From Macrostomum lignano (taxonomy: Eukaryota): DNA of 40,869 nucleotides. The DNA lies in contig NIVC01003917.1 in assembly GCA_002269645.1 (NCBI GenBank), forward strand, positions 1-40,869. The letters run 5' to 3'. The position numbers and the translations under genes are program-made. Numbering within the stretch: position 1 is the first letter of the stretch; every line of letters begins with the position of its first letter. Of the stretch, positions 19,139-31,432 are shown one piece after another. The notes under the pieces are model-generated. The model was given only the letters and a program-made list of their open reading frames with translations. It had not been told where the DNA came from and did not search any database.

Positions 19139-19904
19139 GTTTCTGATTGATTCTTGAGTACAAGACTTATAAAGGCATTTTTAGTAGCTACCAACAGTCG
19201 AAAGGTTATTTAATAGCCATAGCAAGCAGCAAAAATATCAATAGCAGTATTTCAATACTGCAGTAATTGTTCTTGATATAATTCTAGGGCTATCGTAGGG
19301 GTTGTAAAGTATTTTGTTTGCTCTTGCTTTGCCCTAAGCGCGGTGAGAGCTGTGCAGTTCAATTGTGAGAATGGCATATATCCCTACGGTTGCAATCCCT
19401 GAGTTCGGACGCACTTGCTCAGCATTAGTATTTCTCAAACGCATTTGACCCCCCGCCATCGATCTGCGGACCCGCCTGGCAACTCCTGTAAGGGTTTGCC
19501 TGAAAAATGTCTCGAGAAATCCACATGCGGGTTAGCGAGCAGCGTGCTTAGCAGGACAGCGTTTCCTGTATGATCTTCGTGGATGAGTGGGATTCGTATG
19601 CATTGACAGAGGAGATCAGTGAGAAGACACTGGGTCGAGCAGACTGAATGCAGAGTAAACACGTAAATGCATGGGCTTTCTCTGTCGAACCAGGACGCGA
19701 CTATGGGAAAAACTTGTTGCACAATGATCAGTAAGGCACGGCTTCAAGCAAGAAAAGGCTTCAAGCTCATGGGTATTCGTCACAATCCGTTTGTTTCGAC
19801 CAGTTATCGCACCATTTGATGGCGTTAGTATTAATAAAACTTACTTTCATGGTAAAAAATCATAAAATATTCGATGCCTAGAAACTATATTTTGACTCCT
19901 TACC

Positions 19905-20528
19905 TGCAATAAGCCCAAATTGCCTGGACACCAGCAGGTACACCATGACGGTAGTACGTTCCTTCTTCGACGTTACGCGAACAACGTCGGCGTAGAGCGG
20001 CGGCTCAGCCCCAGCCCCCGCTCCGGCCACAAATCGGCCGAGAAACACCAGCCAGGGATAGGGCGCAACAAAGTAGATGAGGTTGCCAGCAATCTCCAGC
20101 TGGTTAGCTATGATTAGCAGCAGTTTGACCCGGATGTAGCCCTGCTGAGCAATCCAACCGTACATGGGAGTGCAGAACAGTGACGATATGTTGAATGCTG
20201 CCAAGGTAGCGCCGTAGAACTGCACGGCAGCCGACATGTCGAACTTGGTGTAAAAGTACAACCAGAGTGTGGGCAAAATGATGGCCCGCTCCACGCCGCT
20301 CAGGAGGCCCCAGACAGCGCCGATGGCGATGACGCGAGTCCTAGCTGAGCTGTCGAGTTGGAGCTTTGTTCGGCAAGCGTCGAGGCACCCGGGACTGCAG
20401 CAGGCGCAGCAGGCGCAGCAAGCGCAGCAGACAGCGGGCTCTTTATCGGTCACCAAAGGCCGGCTCTCTCCTCTGCGCTCGTCCACTGGATCCGATGGTG
20501 AAGATGCTGTTTCTTCCGGTGTAGCCAT
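19905..20528 (-). CDS. MFSD8/CLN7-like MFS transporter, exon 1
   Basis: GVERAIILPTLWLY...YGATLAAFNISSLFCTPMYGW...GNLIYF...LGRFVAGAGAG...ERT are MFSD8-family blocks. Donor GCAG|gtaagg at 19904. Confidence 0.88.
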
Positions 20529-20880
20529 GATTCCCTCGACGACTAGCCGTGCAGGTGGATTCTATGATTGCGGATAGAATATAATATAGAGCGGACTGGC
20601 ACTGCATGTGTAGGAAATTAGGAACGAGCTGAAAAGACGCGTTCCTTTCGGGAGTACAAAAGTTGCCTGCCGAATGTTTTCCGTTGAAGATCGCCCTTGT
20701 TTGCATTTCATCCACATTAACTTACATGTACTCGTATTTACGAGCGTTAAAGTTTAATAAAAATTACATACCCGGGAATTACATAGTAATGCGCTCTCCA
20801 CTCAATATTACCTTACTTAGACACCTAATACACGGATTTAAATCTTTAAATCACATTTATTTCTTTTAATTGGTCCTATT

Positions 20881-20892
20881 GATCACGTGATC
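20881..20892. promoter_or_regulatory. Palindromic E-box GATCACGTGATC (CLEAR-like core TCACGTGA) about 350 bp upstream of the MFS gene start
   Basis: The motif is directly visible; its function is inferred. Confidence 0.3.
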
Positions 20893-21482
20893 CCAAGCCA
20901 AGAAATCCTCTCAAACCCGTTGCTTGTAAAAATGAGAAATTAAAAGATTAAATTTGAAGACCTCGTATAAAGAACCTCTGATCCTCTGATTTGAACTTAC
21001 ATACTCGTAAATACATATAATGTGGGTGAAATGCAAATGTGGGCAATCTTCGGAGGGAAAATTTAATAGACCGGTTCCTTCCTACTGAAACGCAAGTACA
21101 CAGAGTTATTACCTCTTGATAGCTTTCAAACTAGTCGGATTGTCGTCTCTTCAGCCTTGGCCCCGTCGTGGGTGTCTCTCATAAAAGCTTGGTCTGATCG
21201 AGAGACAACTCAAAATGCTTTTTATTTCGCAACTGTTGCAGGGTCAGTCAGTGGAATCAACCAATCGCAGAAATTTTTCTCTCCCCCACTTACTTGAATT
21301 GCATTTAACTCGCGCTGCCTTGCCCCAGGGTTCTTTTTTCCAAGATTTTGTTCGACTTTTCTCCAAGCTTTAGTGCTCAACGTCCACATTGAGTATTTGG
21401 GTACCGCATACTACTTTCTTCTATTCGACAAAATACAAAAGAAAGGCTATTGGGAGCTTTGTAGTAACACATTGATTCATGA

Positions 21483-21768
21483 GGGAGCACGAGAAATGCC
21501 CGCCGAAATTTGCCCGCGGGAGATTTGCCCGTCGAGCTTTTCCCGCCGAGATTTGCCCGCAATGCTTTTTTCATGCAGCGCATTTGGAAGCTTAGATTCT
21601 GTCTGCATTGCCTCCCCCCAAAAATATGAATTTGATATGCACGTTTTGATCGTGTAAAATCTCTTTATTTAGACTTACTAAGCATTAGCAGAAAAAAAGC
21701 ATTGCGGGCAAACCTCGGCGGGAAAAAACTCAGCGGGCAATTCGTCTGCGGGCAATTCTCATGGACCC
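21483..21768. mobile_element. MITE with imperfect GGG...CCC TIRs and 9-bp TSD GATTCATGA (Mutator/Merlin-like)
   Basis: GATTCATGA at 21474-21482 and 21769-21777. Subterminal ttgcccgc/gcgggcaa repeats are in inverted orientation. Confidence 0.8.
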
Positions 21769-21951
21769 GATTCATGATGCCAATGTCAAATTCATGCTCG
21801 TGTTACACAATAAGTCGTTGACTCGTTATAAATCTTTAAGTTCTGTAAATGCCAGGTTTTACAAGGAAATTTAATTATTTGCTACATTTCTGCTACAATC
21901 TGAGCAGAATAGAGAATATCCAGCCATTCTTACCTCATTTTGTTTGCTGTA

Positions 21952-22236
21952 GGGATTTGCTGTCTAGTGGTTAGAGCGTCAGACCAACGTCTGAAAGGTC
22001 GGGGGTTCGATTCTCGACCCACTAGAAACAACTTGTGTAATTGAGCAAGTCACTTAACTCTGCATTGCTTCAGTTCACCCAGCTGTAAAATGGGTGCCAG
22101 CATTAGCTGGGGTAATTGAGGGTGTGTGGTGATCCCCCAGCCCTTGGACTGAACAGCCGTACGCAGCCTTCAGATGCGCCGAGCAATAGCTGCGGCTGAG
22201 CTGTCGGTTGCACATCTGCCCATTAGGGCAGGTGAC
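21952..22236 (+). mobile_element. tRNA-derived SINE with CORE/MIR-like central domain, copy 1
   Basis: A box (tagtggttagagcg), B box (ggttcgattc) and tgagcaagtcacttaactct...ctgtaaaatggg. Its body is near-identical to 32046-32355. Confidence 0.85.
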
Positions 22237-22396
22237 GTAATATTAAAATAGGATATGGTCGCAGAATTTTCCTGAGACATGGGCTAAGCATATCCTCTTA
22301 TTATAATTATACATTTTTGCTGTGACAGGATACAGCCAGTGAGGATTATGCGTGAAAAAAAAATTGACATCGGCGTGGGGATTTTGATTTAGCTAG

Positions 22397-22513
22397 TTAT
22401 TACAGACTTATTACAGACTTAAACAGACGTATTACAGAATTATTACAGAGTTATTACAGATTTATTACAGACTTATTACAGACTTATTACAGACTTATTA
22501 CAGACTTATTACA
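22397..22513. repeat. 11-bp tandem repeat (ttattacagac), about 10 copies
   Basis: Directly visible. Confidence 0.9.
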
Positions 22514-22747
22514 GGCAGACATCGTAATCTTGATGAAATGAAGGTTCACAAACAGTTCATCTTAAGCATTCAGGCGTCCCCGATATGTGTACGGCAAAGG
22601 ATGCGCTGGTCTCGCCCCATGCTGGCTATATAGGCTTCGTCAACGTCAACAAGCGCATGATAGGAAACTTTGGCTCCCAGTTCCGACTCACTGGTGATGT
22701 CTGAGAAACCACATGCAGAAGTCACTACGAACTGGTTGCAAGGATAC

Positions 22748-23460
22748 TGAAGTGGATGAAGGACGGGAAAGTACGTTTCTTGGAAAGTTTTAGGAGGCAG
22801 GTTTCAACGAAAAAAATACGAATACATTACACATGTACGTAGAACTAAGGAGGTTTTTTATTTTTGGCTCAAAATTTGTAATTAATTTCGATAGCAAGCA
22901 GATCCGATGTTGTGTTCATATTTTGATATGACTGCCTTTCTTAAGTTACTGCTCTATATTCAGGGGCGTCGCCATGGATTTTTTGGTGGGGGGGAGCCAA
23001 GAATTCTACATATATCATGTACATGACTAAATTCCTACTACATGTACATTAGTTTCAGAATCGGTGTAGTCAGCACTCATTTTAACGCTACAGGCTAGGC
23101 ACTCATTTTGGCGCCGCAAGCACTTATTTTGGCGCCGCAGGCACTCATTTTGGTGCCGCAAGCACTTATTTTGGCGCCGCAGGCATTCATTTTGGCGCCG
23201 CAAGCACTTATTTTGGCGCCGCAGGCATTCATTTTGGCGCCGCAAGCACTTTTTTAGCGCCGTAGGCACTATGTTTGTCGCCCTGCAGCAAAATTATTGA
23301 TTTCCATAACGGGTCACAAGGTGGGGTGGGGGGACATGTCCAGTCCCCTTGTCCCCCCCCCCGTTGGCGACGCCCTGTCTATTGATAGTCGTAGAGCTTT
23401 TTTGTTCTTAAAATTAGGATTCTGTGCTAATTTTATATCCTACATGTACATACTGTATAC
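22748..23460 (+). mobile_element. Diverged single arm of the 18442-19138 foldback MITE family, interrupted by a younger MITE
   Basis: gaaggacgggaaa...gtttctt...gcagatcc...gctctat[insert]...agcttttt...aaattaggattct is collinear with the left arm of the 18442 element. Confidence 0.6.
22961..23377. mobile_element. hAT-like MITE, TIR CAGGG(G)CGTCGCCA, with an internal 21-bp tandem array (about 23098-23270)
   Basis: caggggcgtcgcca ... tggcgacgccctg. The flanks tctatatt and tctattga form only an imperfect TSD. Confidence 0.7.
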
Positions 23461-24724
23461 GTAAATTATACATGTACGCGCTCAGCTGGACTCAGTATTC
23501 GTTTATGTCTATGAATTTTTATTATCATTCTTGGCGTCCTGCCGTCCTCTGGAGCTCTTGTTGAAAAACAGGAATTTTGCTGAACGTTAGGCAATCACGA
23601 TGATCTGCCTAAAATCGAGAGTTCAGACTGCATGGGCACACAAGGGCCACTGTATTTGTGAGCACATCGGCGTTGACATGATCTCGGCCAGCGGGGTGCT
23701 CTCCACACTGAGAAATCACACTAGCTGCAAGCTGGTCCTACCAGCGAGGTCTGCGACTGCAGACACTTTTAAGTTGTCGACGTCAATAGTTGCTAACCAC
23801 TTGAGCCAGCATGCCTACTTTGGCTCCCCGGGAGTGGCGTATTGGCTAGTAACTGCCTAAATGTTATGTTATACCTACATGTGTCTAGATAATTCAAGTT
23901 GATACATGTATGTATGTATACCAACGTTTAAGAATATGTGCTGTCCCATATTCAGGATTTCATGTAGTATTTGCAACAAGTTTATAATCAGTATGGCAAG
24001 TAAATTTACACAAGTATACTCAAAAGAATATTTAATTTGTTATTAATTGACACGTCAATTACCTTGGTACATAGTTGATGTTTGTTTCGCAGTTGTGTCT
24101 TTTCCTAGAAGTGGAAAATTCGAGAAACATAGAAGTGTGTTTGCTACAGTTTGGACTTTCCTAGGTCAAAAAAGATGTAACTTAGTTGCGGCAGATGTGG
24201 GATGTTGGTATGGTCAGCGCTGAAGTGTAAAGCTAAAAATTTATTTTTTTATCGTGCTGGTTTTCTGCAAAAAATTAAAAATTCACCGCTTTTTAAAAAA
24301 AAAACAATTCAAAATATAACTCACTTTAATTTTCCTGTCTAATATGGCTTTAATGTTTCGCAAACATTTGTTAAAAATGAAACCTAATTGAAAAGAAACC
24401 TTGAAACCTCGGCGGCAGAAACAGAAATTTTTTTAACTCCAAAAACTCAGCAGTGTTACAAACGCCATTGAGTATTTTACCTTTACCTTAAAATCCTATT
24501 TCAACAAATCAGTTCAGTCAAAATTCCTTTCTCTAGAAAATTGTCATTAACTTTCTCTTTTTGTCTTGACTTAATGGCACGATCCGTCGAATTATTGACA
24601 CTTCTTAGATTCTAGTACGAAACATTGACATATCGTCATAGATTTAGGCTCTAGGCCTACTTTTACTATTGCGAATTCTTAGATTCTTTGCTCCAGTAAG
24701 CCGTATCTTTGCATACTGTTTAGA

Positions 24725-24992
24725 ATGACAGCCATCGAAAGCAATTATAGTATTTCCACTGGGAACAAATATGGCTTCTTAATTGATCATGACGAAGACC
24801 CTGAGGTACTACTCAGCAAAATCGAAAAACAGGCACAGAAGGTAGAAAAGACAAAGCAAAAGACAAAAAAGGACAAAAATGAGAAGAATGCAACCAATTC
24901 TAAGACAGAAAAAAAAGTAGAACAGAAGCCAGAGTCAGCTCCAGCTGATGGGAATCGGCAGCAAAGAAGGCATAAGAAAGATCAACATGAAG
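24725..24992 (+). CDS. SERBP1: SERBP1/HABP4/Vig-like RNA-binding protein, exon 1
   Basis: YSISTGNKYGFLIDHDEDPEVLL is the family N-terminal motif. Donor GAAG|gtatgt is phase 1. Confidence 0.8.
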
Positions 24993-26649
24993 GTATGTTT
25001 ATTAGTCAGCTAAGTTAAATATTTAATGTTTTATACATTAATAAACTTAGCCAATTTGGAGACATTGAGACTTTATTTTAAACTAGTATAGCAATAGACC
25101 AATGTACTATGAGTATTTTTAGCAATTATCAAAAATATATTGTTGGACCTTTTTAATTATAGTAGAAATATTACACCTACTAAGTCTATTTGTCAACCAA
25201 TATTAAGAAGCCAATAAATGTATTATCAAGTATTTCTATTTGATAGACAATAGTAGTTGATTTCTAGCAACAAATAAATTATAGATTATTGACAATATCA
25301 TTATGCATTTAGATTTAGATGACTTTAGGTTTAAGCTTACTTAAACAATTCTATCTAGTTTTTATGGCATTATTTTGTCTTATAAAACTACATTTTGCAT
25401 CAATTTTATGAAATAAACCTTTACTATTGATAATAACTTTCTTTTTAAAGTTATAGGCCTAACACAATATATTGAAATATAGGGCTTAGCCTATGATTAA
25501 AAAAGGCAAACCAAAATCGCAACAAATCAGTGCAAATAGCCAAATACCATAGTTTGGATCATGCTAGGTGCATGCCTGAATAAAATTTGAATAATTGAAA
25601 ATGCATGTCAAAAAATAGTGCATGCCCATTTTGAAAAATATACCAATGTTGCGACAATAAATGACCTTTTTTAAATTGCATAATATACCCCTATTAGTAC
25701 ATTATTTGGTTGATTTTTATGCTTTTTGGCGATTCTATTTATGGTGTGAAATTGATACATGCAAATGTTTGTTTAAATCTATTATAAATCTGTATATTTG
25801 TGTGAGTTTATAGCTTGAAAAAACTAGAAACCTTGAAATTTATGCTTAAAAATAAACTTTTTTTTTCATTTTTTCTACCAGGTGTGCACATATACTATTT
25901 TCTTAAGAGTGATGCATGCCAATTGTGCATACCTAATTTTGGTATACAAGGCCAATGCACAACCAAATTTTTGGGCATATGCACTACATAATCCAGAGTG
26001 TGATACAAATATAACAAAGCCATATAATAAAATATAGTTATGATAAAACAATGATAAAACAACATTTACAAATCAACAAAATTTCTTAGACTTAGTAGTA
26101 TTAATCCTAAAAGTTCTATGTTTAAATTAGAATGTATATTAAAGTTTAGATATTTAGATAAAAAAGTATTTCAATTAGTTTTGTGGCTTATTCAACTTCA
26201 AGACAATAACAAATTTAATCGTAGCAATAGCCAATAAGCTGATTATAAAAAGTATTAAAATATTTTTAATTATCAAAAAGTAGGCCTATCAATTTTACAA
26301 CTTACTTATGATCTCAGTTACTATTATGCAATTTTTTGTCTATGGTTAAACCAAATATAAATTTGTTTTTAGCCAAATCAAGTTCAAATGTATATAGTAT
26401 ACATTAGTCTGGAAACTTTTACAATATCCTTTTATATATGTTAGCTAATTATAAAAATTATTTTTTGCTAATTTTTTAGTGTTTTGTCATTATAGGAGTT
26501 CCTTATTTGTTTTACCAAATATAGTCATAGACATTGCTTAATTGTAAATCACTATATTTAAAAATAAATAATATAAAAAGCATTAATTATGTAACATAAA
26601 GACAATTAAAAATGTAATTTAAAATAATATTGTTTATATTATATTAGTT

Positions 26650-26790
26650 GTAGCCTAAAAGTTAGAGTATTGGACTCACAACTTGAAGGTTGTTCAATTT
26701 AATCTCAACCCACTTAAAACAATTTGTATCCTTAAGCAAGACACTTAACTCTGAATTGCTTCAGTTCACCTAGCATTTATAGGATGGCAA
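26650..26790 (+). mobile_element. Degenerate third copy of the tRNA/CORE-like SINE, in SERBP1 intron 1
   Basis: gcaagacacttaactctgaattgcttcagttcacc matches copies 1 and 2; the head is eroded. Confidence 0.7.
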
Positions 26791-26888
26791 TTGGTGCACC
26801 TAGCAAGAATGTTTTGTATTATAGACTTTATGTAGCACCATATGTGCGCAACCTTGGGAATCACCCGGCCGTTTCTATTGGCAACACA

Positions 26889-26962
26889 CACACATGTAAG
26901 TCGCTATTGGCTGAGAGCAGTCACGTGACTACTATTCTGTCCAATAGCGACATACATGTGTG
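26889..26962. promoter_or_regulatory. 74-bp palindrome: ATTGG and CCAAT boxes placed symmetrically around AGTCACGTGACT
   Basis: The ~22-bp arms match with one mismatch and the central 12 bp are a perfect palindrome. Function is unknown. Confidence 0.45.
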
Positions 26963-27072
26963 GGTTGCGCCCAAGCATGTGTAGCACTAATTAGTTGACG
27001 AGGCACTTACAGATATAATTGCTCCAACTGTTTACCCAACTGCTTATGCCGCTGCTCTATCCTATCTACCAG

Positions 27073-28174
27073 GTGGAAAACCGCGGTCTGCCGAAGGCCA
27101 AGCTGAACAGGGCGCCGCGCCGCAGTCTGCCAGCGGCAGCTTTCACGGCCGCGGTGGCCGCAGTGGCTTTGGTCGCGGTGGCCGACAGCCGCAGGGCAAC
27201 CGGCCAGAGGATGCCGCCGCTGGCGCTGCGGATAGCGGCGGCTTATCTGCTGACGCTGCCGGACCAGCTGATGGTGTGCAGCAGCAGCGGGGCGGCTTCG
27301 GCGGCCGGGGCGGCAACCGCGGCGGTGGCTTTGGTGGCGAATATGGCGGAGGCCGCGGCCGCGGTGTGCGCGTCTTTGGCCGAGGCGGCGGCGGCGAACG
27401 GGGACGCCGCGGCGGCTTCGGCCAGCGGCCGGGCGGCGAGGAGGGCGAGAGTGAGAGCGCAGAGCCGGCAGCCGATGAAACCAGCGCCGGCGGCCGCGGC
27501 GGATTTGGCGGAGGAGGCCGCGGTCGCGGATTCGGCGGCGAAGGCGGCAGCGGTGGCAGGGGCCGCGGATTCGGCGGCGAAGGCGGCAGCGGTGGCAGGG
27601 GCCGCGGATTCGGCGGCGAAGGCGGCAGCGGTGGCAGGGGCCGCGGATTCGGCGGCAGCGGTGGCAGGGGCCGCGGATTCGGCGGCGAAGGCGGCAGGGG
27701 CCGCGGATTCGGCGGCGAAGGCGGCAGGGGCCGCGGATTCGGCGGTGGCGGCGGCAGGGGTCGCGGTTTCGACAGCGGCGGCGAAGGCGGCGACGGGAGG
27801 GGCCGCGAATTCGGCGGCCGAGGGGGTCGCGGTCGCGGCGGCTTTGGCAGCGGACCGCCGCCCGGCATGGAGGCTGACGAGGTGCCGCCGCCAACTGAGG
27901 CTGGCGTAGAGTCCGCCCCTCTGGCCGATGCCGGGGCCGTCGAGCAAGTCGACGGTCGGCCTGCCGAGTTTGGCGGACGGCCACGCGGGCGCGGTGGCCG
28001 CGGCGGAGGACGCGGCCGCGGAGGTTTCGGTGGTCGCAGCGGCGGCGGCGGCGGTTTCAACCGCGGCCGAGAGTACGACAGGCGGTCGGGCTCGGCCACC
28101 ACCGGAGTGAAGCCGGTCGAGAAGCGCGAGGGCTTCGGGGCACACAACTGGGGCAACGTGCGTGACGATATTGA
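27073..28174 (+). CDS. SERBP1: SERBP1-like, exon 2 (RGG array and HABP4_PAI-RBP1 domain start)
   Basis: In frame with exon 1. Contains GREYDRRSGSATTGVKPVEKREGFGAHNWG. Donor GA|gtgagt is phase 2. Confidence 0.92.
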
Positions 28175-28434
28175 GTGAGTTGTGTAGTAATTTTAGTTCG
28201 CTTCTAGTAGGATTTTGCCTCGAAATTCATTGCCTTGAACCTTGCCAAAATCAATGCAATATTTACAGTCGATAGCACACGCTCAGGTGCATAGCGGTCA
28301 GCTGACTCAAGATGTACACTCTCTGTGCTTTTGTGGGGGGGGGGCTGTCCCTCATCCAGACGTGAAGTCCTCAACAAGCCTTATGGGGGTAGTTTTCGTT
28401 AGAGGTCCCAGTTTTACTTAATATGTATTAGCGA

Positions 28435-28497
28435 CTTGTGAAGTTTAGGTCTTGTGAAGTTTAGGTCTTGTGAAGTTTAGGTCTTGTGAAGTCTTGT
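28435..28497. repeat. 16-bp tandem repeat (cttgtgaagtttaggt) x4 in SERBP1 intron 2
   Basis: Directly visible. Confidence 0.85.
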
Positions 28498-28656
28498 TGA
28501 TTGAAGTGAATGCTAAACTTTTAGGCGACGTGGAGTTAAGGTCTTGTGAAAGCGCCCCTCGTAGCCCACAGGCTCACTTTACATTGTCAGTTGTGGGTGT
28601 TATTGGCAGATCTATTAGAAATACAAATAAAGCACTGCTCGGGTTCATTGTCGCAG

Positions 28657-29299
28657 GGGCCAGCAGGAGCCTGTGGACGCCGCTGCCGGTCAACCGTCGG
28701 CTGCCGCGCCCGCCGCCGCGGACGACTGGGCGGACGCCGTCGAGCAGGAGCAGCAAGAGGCCAACGCGGAGGCCGGCGCCGCCCCGCCAGCCATGATGAC
28801 CCTGGAGGAGTGGAAGCGGCAGCAAGCCGAGGACAGGGCCAAATTGTCCGGCGCTGGCGCCGCAGCCGCGGCCGCTAATGTCCGACGCGTCGATGCGTCG
28901 GGTTTCGGCGAGATGCGCCAATACAAGAAAGAGCGACCGCCGACCGACCTCGGCAACGACGGCGTCGAAGGTGGCGCCGGTGGCGCCGCCGCCGCTACAG
29001 CTGGCGCCGCTTTTGTTCGCAAGCCGCAGATTGAGACGAATTTCTACGTGAATCCGGTCGCTGCCGAGGGCGGACGGGGCGGCGGCGGTGGCAGGGGCGG
29101 CCCTCGCGGCGGCGGCGGACGCGGCTACGGACGTCCAGATAGCGGCGGCCGAGGCGGTCCTCGCGGCGGCGGCGGCAGAGGCGGCGGATTTGGCCGCGGC
29201 GGCGGCGGCGGCGAAGGCTACGGCGGTCGTCGAGGCGGTGGTCGCCAGGCCGCTGCGGACTTCCACGTGCAGGACAGCGACTTTCCCCAGCTGGCCTAG
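28657..29299 (+). CDS. SERBP1: SERBP1-like, exon 3 (to stop); spliced CDS 2013 nt, 670 aa, no disruptions
   Basis: Acceptor tcgcag|G restores the frame. Contains MMTLEEWKRQQ, an RGG tail and the C-terminal DFPQLA motif typical of the family. Confidence 0.92.
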
Positions 29300-30959
29300 G
29301 GGCAGCAGCTAATGCCGGTGACGTGAGACAAACTTATTGACGCCTGCGCGTATTGCCCTATTTTGATTATAACAAAGGCCAGATTAGACACATAGGCAGG
29401 GCTGTCAAGTTTTCTTGCTGGTTTGTTAATTCAATTAGCTTTGTTTTTTTTTAACCCTTTTGTTTGTTTTAATGTAGCGGCTAATCCTTAGCCCGATGCC
29501 TCCCTCTCTGCTGTACCCAGATTTGCTGTCCCAGCTGGTTCCACTGCCTAATTGTATAACTGCACTCGGCACCCCCCCCCCCGTATGCAATATAAAACTG
29601 TTTCATCTTTTATGTTCTAATAATTTACTACTGATTAGTAGTCTGTTCGCGTATTGTTTAAATTATTTTTCTAATTAATAACTAAAGCTAAATTTAATTT
29701 TTTTTCTAATTTCAAATAAAAGCATAACCGTTTAGCCTGTTATAAACTGCACGCACTACTAGCGAGTAACGTGTTGTCTAATCATACACATCTAATCATA
29801 TTTTATTGACAGTTTCAAAAGTTTTGCAGCTGTTTCCTTCTTGTTCTGTTTATTTGCAGTCTTATTTGTGTGCATAACAAACGGGTGGCATATTGAAGTT
29901 TTTATTCACTTTTAAAACAATTAGTTAACAATTCAATTGATTCCGTATGCTCCATTTGTTGTTGTTATCTCTTTTTTAACTAGCTTTTCCCGTATTACAA
30001 TGAGTTCTTTTTTGTCGCTGCTATTCATCAAGCCCCTGTCTGGTGTGTCTAGCTGTTCTCGTCCCCCGTTTATCTATATTTTTTCGTTTTTTGCTTTCAC
30101 ATGCTATTTTGAATCGCATCAAATTAGCAAGCGCGTCTCCTGTCCCTACTGACTACTGTTAGTAGGCGTATAAAAAAGCTGGCATTAGAATGACCTATCT
30201 TGTGCAGAGCGGTGTTGAGCCTGCCCCCAGTCGCTTAATTCTCATGCTGATACATTGATTATTTAAATTGCAAATATTGCAAAAGAAACAAAATTGAATA
30301 AAAGAGAAGCCCCTGTTGCTGTTCTGTTGGGCCGCGTCTTGTGGCTGGATTTGTTTCGCCGGAGGAACTGTTGATGAATGGAAAATGACTTAAACGATTT
30401 TACAGTCCCCCTGCCGGGGTGGAGTCGCTCTTATCTGTTGGACTTGAGTTCATTTCTGTTTCACCCCATAGTGTAGGGAAATATGTCTTCTACATATCCT
30501 AGAGAGGACGGAAGCCTCTCTATCCAGCCCTCGGGTCCTTTGAAACTTTACAATAGCAATCCAGCCTGCTCAAGGTTTCTGTCTCTTCTCAGCTCTCTTC
30601 TCTCCCTTCTCTATTCCCCTCCCTCCCGTTGAAAACGATTTCGTAACAAGAATCACTAGGGAGGCATTGCAATCAACTCTCTAGTAGTAACTCTAGCGAC
30701 TCTTGTGACTTTTCAAAACAACTGTTGGGTCACAAGCGCGTCATGCAAGTTGCAGAATCGAAAGAGTCTTCCTGGAATCGTTGTGTTGACGATTAACTTT
30801 CGCTAGAGATGTGGCTCTATATTCAATATTCATCAAGGGGTCGCAAATGCGCTTCAAACACAACTCCGTGACTACAGCGACTCAAAATACGACTCTACGG
30901 CCCTCTAGAGCTGCAGACAATTAAACGATTCAGCCTTCAAAGTGACTCTTTGATACTTC

Positions 30960-31432
30960 TTGGCGACTTGTACCCTGCGTGCCGGACGACATCGAGGCTG
31001 CGATCTTGTGCCGAGGCGCTGATGGACAGGCGACAGAGCTTCCGCGTTGTACGGCAGTTCGTCTACCTCGGCGGTCTGGTTCCCGCGGCGTCCGCGAGGA
31101 TTTGCGGCGTCGCTGCGGGCTTGCCTGGGCTGCCTTTCGTTCTGTGAGGGCAATCCTGCAGTCCAAGGCCTTACCTGACCGCCAGAGGGCGGCGTTGTTC
31201 CAGGCGGTGATAGAGACCGTCTTGCTGTACAACGCCGAGACCTGGACGCTGAGGGAGTCGCTCGAGCTTTGTATCGCCGCGCCGGCCTGGTCCGTCCAAG
31301 CGACCTGTTGCGCCGTCGGCGACTCCAGCTGGCAGGCCACATCATCCGCGCCGAGTCGTACTGCCCAGAGCCGGTGCAGGAGGTGCTGTTGCTAACCCTG
31401 CAGGCACCCTACCGGCGGGGCCGGGCGCGCCC
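30960..31432 (+). mobile_element. Degenerate non-LTR retrotransposon fragment (RT C-terminal region, RTE-like)
   Basis: FVYLGG, LAWAAF, LFQAVIETVLLYNAETWTL and RRRLQLAGHIIR occur in shifting frames, with internal deletion. Confidence 0.85.

Noticed and set aside
19435-19722. 95-aa ORF in the MFS intron
   Set aside because: No recognisable motif, splice context or repeat support.
21952-22025. tRNA gene (also 32046-32125)
   Set aside because: A and B boxes are present, but there is no complete cloverleaf and it continues into a shared SINE body.
23027-23269. ORF of CLRRQNE repeats
   Set aside because: Translation of the 21-bp tandem array inside a MITE.
27007-29312. Long overlapping Pro-, Ala- or Arg-rich ORFs on both strands
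   Set aside because: Stop-poor alternative frames of the very GC-rich SERBP1 exons.
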